From Trichoplax adhaerens (taxonomy: Eukaryota; Animalia; Placozoa), in assembly GCF_000150275.1 (NCBI RefSeq), contig NW_002061301.1:1-5058 (forward strand): a stretch of 5,058 bases of DNA, in the 5' to 3' direction. Positions 1 through 5,058 of the stretch are shown here, in pieces. The notes beneath the pieces are model-generated. The model had not been told where the DNA came from and searched no databases. It was given only the letters and a program-made list of their open reading frames with translations. Position numbers and translations under genes: made by a program. Numbering within the stretch: the stretch's first letter is position 1; every line of letters begins with the position of its first letter.

Positions 1-441
1 CAGTTTTGTAATAACATGTAAGTTATCTAAAAGTAGAAATGATAAATAAACAATTTATAAATTTCATGAGGCAAAGAAATTTGATTTCTGCTTGATATTA
101 TCAGCACTCTCAAAGTAGCGCAATCATCGTTAATCTTACATAGAAAAGAACTTAATAACTTATTTGAGTTTGTCTATTAGCCACATTGATTACTTTGGAT
201 CTTGCTTCATGACTAGATTGCAAAATTTGAACAACTGAAAATATTCTTCCTGATCTTTATTTTCCAGTACGGTGCAATTTTATCTTTACTTTAAGGTTTA
301 AAGAACGGCAGTCAGGGAAAGGCGAACGTATGAAAATACTATAAATTCTTAGTTTATTGTGATATTTTACTATTTTGAGTAATGGATATAGTTTATCACG
401 ACCTCCATTCTTAGTTATACGAATCGAAAAAATAGAAGAAA

Positions 442-477
442 AGTAAGCTAAAATTCTGTATCTTTCTACTAGGATAT
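442..477 (-). repeat. Short dispersed repeat, probable LTR 3'-end remnant (copy 1)
   Basis: AGTAAGCTAA..TCTGTAT..GATATA recurs in the same order at 3331-3370. It resembles the reverse complement of the recalled Tf LTR terminus (TGTAAGCTA...GTATCTG...AGGATA). Confidence 0.45.
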
Positions 478-621
478 AAACAAATAGTATTATTACTAAG
501 TTCGTATCATTTAATAAGTTTGGCAGAATACATAAAATAAGATCCCTTTTGAAAAATGGAGCGCAAGTACTCCGTTACATTTTTAAAAGTATAGATAGCC
601 TCCTAGTGTAATAATATCTTC

Positions 622-895
622 TTTAAGTAGCGTAAAGTATTTTAAGGTAGACGATGATAGAAGGTATAAAGGATTTTATTGAGATACAAGTTACAGGCTA
701 ACAATGATATGGTTGTTATAGATAAGGTATTTGAGATAGCAGGAATGTAGGAACTGACTAACGAGTTAGCGTACAAGGGTATTTATAGGTTTTAGATGAG
801 ATTGAGATAATGTCTTTATATGTATAGCATGTCGTCTATATGTAGTCATGATGTCGTACATTATGAATGTAATACAATACAGTACTTAAACGGTA
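622..895 (-). mobile_element. Degenerate solo LTR, Tf1/Tf2-like (Ty3/gypsy), minus strand; boundaries approximate
   Basis: 751-797 (GAACTGACTAACGAGTTAGCGTAC...TATTTATAGGTTTTAGAT) resembles the reverse complement of the Tf LTR TATA/R region as I recall it (GAACTGAGGAACGAGGTTCAGC...TATTTATAGTATTCAGAT). It includes a minus-strand TATAAATA. In-window support: 870-888 is the reverse complement of 4817-4835 at 17/19. No intact TG..CA ends or TSD found. Confidence 0.65.
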
Positions 896-997
896 TATGA
901 TAAGTATTCGTATATTAGGATATTACTATACTAGGCATCTTCTATATAAGATCATAATATTACACCTAGTACGTATAATATAACATGGGTTACTGTA

Positions 998-1220
998 TAT
1001 AGGTCTGTCCGTCTCAGTCCTTCAATTTAATTATTTTGATATCTGATATAAAGTATAAGTAAACATTCCTATAAGCTATATATAGTACATAAAGTATAAC
1101 GAACGCGGGATTACTAGTAATAAATAATTAATTAATTACCTGCTATACAATACTGGTAGATTCCACACTAGTTATACTTCGCGTTATGCAAATATTGCAC
1201 GTATTACCCAGTAGTCTACA
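998..1220 (+). mobile_element. Degenerate LTR-like fragments (probably more than one copy)
   Basis: 998-1029 matches 5025-5056 at 25/32 ungapped. 1095-1137 (TATAACGAACGCGGG..TACTA..ATTAATTAATT) matches 4971-5011. 1200-1220 (CGTATTACCCAGTAGTCTACA) matches 3922-3943 (CGTAATGCCCGTGTAGTCTACA). Confidence 0.55.
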
Positions 1221-1360
1221 AGCAAATTCTTAAAATATTATTCTCTACAGGACATATAATAATAGCCTCCATATTTGTTACACCGGACAGAGGTGACTCC
1301 CAGTCCATAATTATTCTCTTGCAAGTCCCTGCCTGACTAGTGTATAATGTACTATGTACA

Positions 1361-1408
1361 TGTAGTCAAGTATACAGTACTTGTGCTTTTTACTATACAA
1401 CTGTATCA
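1361..1408 (+). repeat. Degenerate LTR-like fragment
   Basis: TGTAGTC..TACAGTA..TTGTGCTTTTT..TGTATCA is colinear with 3933-3975 (TGTAGTCTACAGTA..TTGTACTTTTT..TGTATCA). TACTATACAACTGTAT resembles the recalled Tf LTR segment TACTTATACAACCTGTGTAT. Confidence 0.5.
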
Positions 1409-1589
1409 CTTATCCACAATTTCCATGAGTGCAAAGGTTATGGCTATGTCATATGCAGCTGATAAACATGCTCATACTATATAACTCTCATATAACATAT
1501 ACAGTAAGTGCGAAGTAGAAAAGGCTAATCGTGACTTAGCAAAAAACGAGAAACGTCGATCAATTTTTAACACTGAATAGCAAAGAAAA

Positions 1590-1596
1590 TATATAA
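1590..1596 (+). promoter_or_regulatory. Candidate TATA box (TATATAA) of the ADH gene; alternative at 1478-1484
   Basis: TATATAA about 50 nt upstream of ATG 1646. Low specificity in AT-rich DNA. Confidence 0.3.
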
Positions 1597-1645
1597 TTAA
1601 TTAAATAAGTGAACGTAACTAATTCTATTATTTCTAAAGTTCAGT

Positions 1646-2654
1646 ATGATTCCCAAACAAATCGAGGCTTATGTTATTGATGATGCATCAAAGCAAACTT
1701 TTCGCAAGAGTCAAATTGATGTTCCACAATTACAGCCTCTTGATGTCTTGATGAATATAGAATGCTGTAGTGTTTGCCATACTGACTTTTACTGCCCTGC
1801 AGGAAAAGCTCCTGGTCATGAATTTATTGGTAAAATTGTTGCAATCGGAAGTAGTGTGGAAAAACTCAAGGTAGGCCAACGTGTTGGTGGAGGTTGGCAA
1901 TTAGGTTCTTGCCAAAATTGTGATGTTTGCAATGATGGTAAACAAAATATTTGCCTCAAGAAGACTAATTTTATAAATGCTCCAACTGGTGGATTTGCTG
2001 ACTACGTCGTTTGGGATTCTCGTTTCCTTTACGATATACCCGAAACAATGTCATCTGCCGATGCAGCTCCTTTACTTTGTGCCGGAATTACAGTATATGC
2101 TCCTCTTGCTAATCATAATGTTCAACCTGGAAGCCGCGTTGGCATTCTAGGTGTCGGTGGTCTTGGCCATCTCGGTATTAAATTTGCAAAAGCTTGGGGA
2201 TGTCGAGTTGTCGCTTTATCAACTAGTTCTAACAAGGAAAAAGAAGCTCGTGCATTCGGCGCTGACGAGTTCGTTGTCACGAAAGACGCAGATCAGCTGA
2301 AGTCATTAAAGCCTTTAGACATGATCATCAACACCGTTAGTGCAAACCTCGATTACGAAAGTTATATTAATTTATTATCGAGGTAAATTTGTCGTGGTTG
2401 GTATTGCAAGTAAGCCCCTTCAAGTGAACGGTGGATTATTAATCGGATCGGAAAGAAGCATTGTTGGTTCTCTTGTTGGTTCACCAATAATGATGCAGAA
2501 GATGCTAAATTTTGCAGGCATGCATAACATCTCGCCGCAATTAGAGATCTATCCTATGGATGTGGATCATTGTCACACTGCATTCGAACGTATCGATCAA
2601 AATTTAGCTCGCTACCGTATTGTGTTGACGAATTCTAATTTCAAATCGGATTAA
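1646..2654 (+). pseudogene. Frameshifted zinc-dependent alcohol dehydrogenase / aldehyde reductase (MDR superfamily, cinnamyl-ADH / Ahr(YjgB)-like, likely NADP(H)-dependent)
   Basis: ORF 1646-2386 has catalytic Zn ligands C44 (CHTD), H58 (PGHE) and C145 (APLLCAGITV), the structural Zn motif C89-x2-C92-x2-C95-x7-C103, and Rossmann GVGGLG followed by STSSNK (no acidic residue, typical of NADP-preferring members). It stops at TAA 2384-2386 inside the cofactor domain. The +1 frame continues from 2379 as RGKFVVVG...SIVGSLVGS...ARYRIVL, the expected C-terminus, to TAA 2652-2654. Joined length is about 335 aa, normal for the family. Confidence 0.9.
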
Positions 2655-2746
2655 TTTCGTAGAGGTTAAGATTGTCCTTTTTAATCCATTCGATTGTTAC
2701 ACTAGATATTAGAGATACTCTATTTTAGCGATTTATCCGAAAAAGT

Positions 2747-2752
2747 AATAAA
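2747..2752 (+). terminator. Candidate polyadenylation signal AATAAA
   Basis: AATAAA about 93 nt after the ADH stop at 2654. The motif is common in AT-rich DNA. Confidence 0.25.
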
Positions 2753-3330
2753 TAGATAGTGAGTTTGGAAAATATTTTGATCCAAAAATTGGTCAGATAA
2801 AGTGTATTTCTTGCCTTAGGACCATATCCTTGCCGTTTCTATAAAGTAAAAGGATACTATTGACTCCGAATCATCTAGAATAGATGACATCGACTAATGA
2901 AAATTTTCCATCAGTTCTTATTGGTTAGTTATAATAAATACTGCCTTAATTGGATATTCATGCTCATTATCTTGAAAAAATTAAGTTTAGATACTACTTG
3001 TTCTAGTATTATGCCTACCTATGTACTTGATACTCGATCGTTTGTTTAAAGAAAGATGAATATGAAGCCAAAGTATTAAATTAGCCGTTTTATTATCGCG
3101 ACTACTGGAAGTTATTAAGAGTTGTATACTCTATACTGTATTACGACTTTTGCAATAATTATAATAAAAATCTTACTGGCGTGAAGATACGACGTCCTTT
3201 GAGCATTAAATTCAATATTAACCAGAGTTATACAATCAGTCGATGTAATAGGGAATACCCAGTATTTACTGACAAATAAATCCATATCAATCCTGGAATC
3301 AGTTCATACCTTAAATAATTAACTATTAAC

Positions 3331-3400
3331 AGTAAGCTAATTAATGATCTGTATTTTAATCTATGATATAGCTACTATGGTAGCTGGTATTATACACAAT
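3331..3400 (-). repeat. Short dispersed repeat, probable LTR 3'-end remnant (copy 2)
   Basis: Shares AGTAAGCTAA / TCTGTAT / GATATA blocks with 442-477. GTAAGCTA..ATCTG.ATTTTAA..GATA.TAG..ACT..GGT follows the reverse complement of the recalled Tf LTR end. The right boundary is uncertain. Confidence 0.45.
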
Positions 3401-3906
3401 TTAGAACCTTCCTTGCTTCACATAACATATACTGATGCCTGCCTTGTTGGGTCGGCTTTGCAGTACGATATACCTCGTATACATGAACAAGCACTATTTT
3501 TAGCTTCTGTACGAATATGTAGATGTTGAGAAATCAAGTGTACCTTATTTAATTTGAAAACTATAAAAAGTCCAATGGAAGTGCATCTCTTGTAAACCGT
3601 TGGAAGTTGTTTATTTGTCTATTTGTACAGCTATTGATCGGTATTGCCCGGCTGGCGAATATGACCACCATTAAAATTATCCATTTTGGATAAATCATAT
3701 TTATATTGATTTAGTTGCTTGTAATTTTCATTCTCGGATGGATATTACTTAATAATTTTAACTCCTAATAAATGGCCTAGCATCCAAAATTAAACCTACT
3801 TAATCATACCTATTTTATGTATTATTTAATAAACTCTAGAATTATTATCGAGCTTTTTGTACGAGTAGGTTCATGCATGATATATAAGATTTTAAAATAA
3901 CGTACT

Positions 3907-4043
3907 GATAGATCGATCACTCGTAATGCCCGTGTAGTCTACAGTATAGTTGTACTTTTTCCTTTCTATGTATCAGAGTAAACTCACTTTTTAGTGTAGA
4001 TTCTACGTATATAGAATTTAATGTTATCATTACTGCAATTACA
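3907..4043 (+). mobile_element. 3' part of a degenerate Tf-like solo LTR ending ...ACTGCAATTACA
   Basis: AAACTCAC...TTCTACGTAT...ACTGC..TTACA occur in the order I recall for the Tf LTR U5 end (AAACTCACCGCAGTTCTACGTATCC...ACTGCGTAGCTTACA), with a canonical CA end at 4042-4043. Internal matches to 1200-1220 and 1361-1408. The 5' boundary is not resolvable. Confidence 0.6.
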
Positions 4044-4410
4044 ACTGAAGATGAGCATCATGTCGGAAATAAAAGCCTGTTTTCTAGTTTGCATTAGCTA
4101 TTCATAGGAGTGTTTGCTAATTTTATCGACTAGCAATAGACTGTAGCAACTTCAAAATAGGATTGATTGATTACAATTTTCGTGCGCTATTAGTCATCTA
4201 CTTCCAAAATTATTGTTCTATGAATTACTTTCTTAGTATCAATTATCTAATAATATCAATTAAAAACAAGATATTATTATCTGTAATAATACCTATCGTA
4301 GATCACGTATGCATATTACAACACTGTCATAAATCTCATTTGGCCTATTTCGCTCTTAGATGTATATGTAATGTAGGTTTGTATTGATTAATCGTGTTTA
4401 TACAGCGATA

Positions 4411-4426
4411 TTGGCAAGCTTGCCAA
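4411..4426. repeat. Perfect 16-bp palindrome TTGGCAAGCTTGCCAA
   Basis: Read directly: TTGGCAAG is the exact reverse complement of CTTGCCAA, with no spacer. Confidence 0.9.
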
Positions 4427-4810
4427 CAAGTACTCTTATATGCCTATCTTGATTCATTACTTGTCGAATTACAGTAGTACATCAAGTCGTGTTCTATTGC
4501 AACTTTTATTTTAATCTAATTAATAGCATATCTTCTGGAAATAGAACCAAACTTGTGTATTTATGGCCATTTCATGTAATTTTAGTTCTTTACTGTAATT
4601 TAGCAGGTACTAAAAAATAATAATAATAAGTAATCTGTCTGACAGAAGGGAATAGTAACGGAAAAATATTTAACATCTCGGGGAGCAATGATCCTATATT
4701 TCTCTTTCAATTCAGCAGTATTTTATTTTTCAAGCAAAGTGATAACTAATTCTCATAGGACGAGTATTGCTTTAGATAGAGGCAGAGAATATCCTTGGAT
4801 TTACTAGTAC

Positions 4811-5058
4811 TGTCACTAAGTACTGTGTTATATTATGTATGTTATATCTAATTATAATACACTACAGGTACAAGTCACACAGTACGAGAAGTATAACGAG
4901 CGTGCATTCTACCATGATTGCTAGTGAAGTAGAAGTAAAAGTACATACAGACTGCATCGAGCACGCGAATTATAACGAGCGTGGGCCTACTACAGTATAA
5001 ATTAATTAATTTTAAAATATTTGCTATAGGTCCGTCTGTCACTGTCTTTCGATTCATA
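4811..5058 (+). mobile_element. 5' part of a Tf-like LTR starting TGTCA, running off the window end
   Basis: Starts TGTCACTAAGTACT (recalled Tf start TGTCAGCAATACT). It contains TATAATACACTAC (4853-4865) and a TATAAAT box at 4996-5002. It has in-window matches to 870-888 (inverted), 998-1029 and 1095-1137. Confidence 0.6.

Noticed and set aside
826-1224. Possible single LTR TGTCG(830)...CTACA(1220) flanked by AGCA/AGCA as a TSD
   Set aside because: Only a 4-bp match (Tf TSDs are 5 bp). The interval mixes fragments of opposite orientation, and GTAGTCTACA is internal in the 3907-4043 copy.
2361-2382. 22-nt GT..AG segment whose removal as an intron would restore the ADH frame (DYES-KFVVVG)
   Set aside because: Too short for a yeast intron, poor donor (GTTATA), no branch site, and it would delete the conserved YINLL helix and the following Gly.
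2340-2654. 104-aa ORF as an independent gene
   Set aside because: It has no ATG at the called start (GTG) and its first 13 residues are off-frame. The rest is simply the ADH C-terminus.
3200-3260. Further faint LTR-like words (AACCAGAGTTATACAAT; also the minus strand near 4369-4392)
   Set aside because: Similarity is only to a remembered consensus, short and AT-rich, with no convincing in-window partner.
3344-3529. 61-aa ORF
   Set aside because: No recognisable motif, overlaps an LTR-like remnant, and its length is compatible with chance.
4163-4387. 74-aa hydrophobic ORF
   Set aside because: TTG start, and an I/Y/N/L/F-rich composition expected from translating AT-rich non-coding DNA.
4634-4646. 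Small inverted repeat TCTGTC-T-GACAGA
   Set aside because: 6-bp arms are expected by chance.
998-5056. Transition-rich differences between repeat copies as a RIP signature
   Set aside because: Changes go in both directions (C/T and T/C) and CG-containing motifs persist. Ordinary transition bias suffices and the sample is tiny.
4875-5057. 60-aa minus-strand ORF
   Set aside because: Lies within the LTR-like repeat and has no protein signature.
1-5058. CRISPR array, tRNA/rRNA, bacterial operon or retrotransposon gag/pol
   Set aside because: No regularly spaced repeats, no cloverleaf or rRNA signature, very low coding density, and no RT or integrase ORF visible.

Overview
AT-rich window, most likely eukaryotic and probably fission yeast (Schizosaccharomyces-like). 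It holds one recognisable gene: an intronless zinc-dependent, probably NADP(H)-preferring alcohol dehydrogenase/aldehyde reductase of the MDR CAD/Ahr type (1646-2654, +). A single +1 frame disruption near 2378 splits it, so it is a recent pseudogene, a null allele or a sequence error. The ~4 kb of flanking DNA has no credible ORF, but it is not random. It contains several short dispersed repeats that match each other on both strands and resemble the S. pombe Tf1/Tf2 LTR as I recall it. I read this as a cluster of degenerate solo-LTR remnants on both sides of the ADH. All family and LTR assignments come from visual alignment and memory, not from searches. I see no clear evidence of a new multi-gene system.
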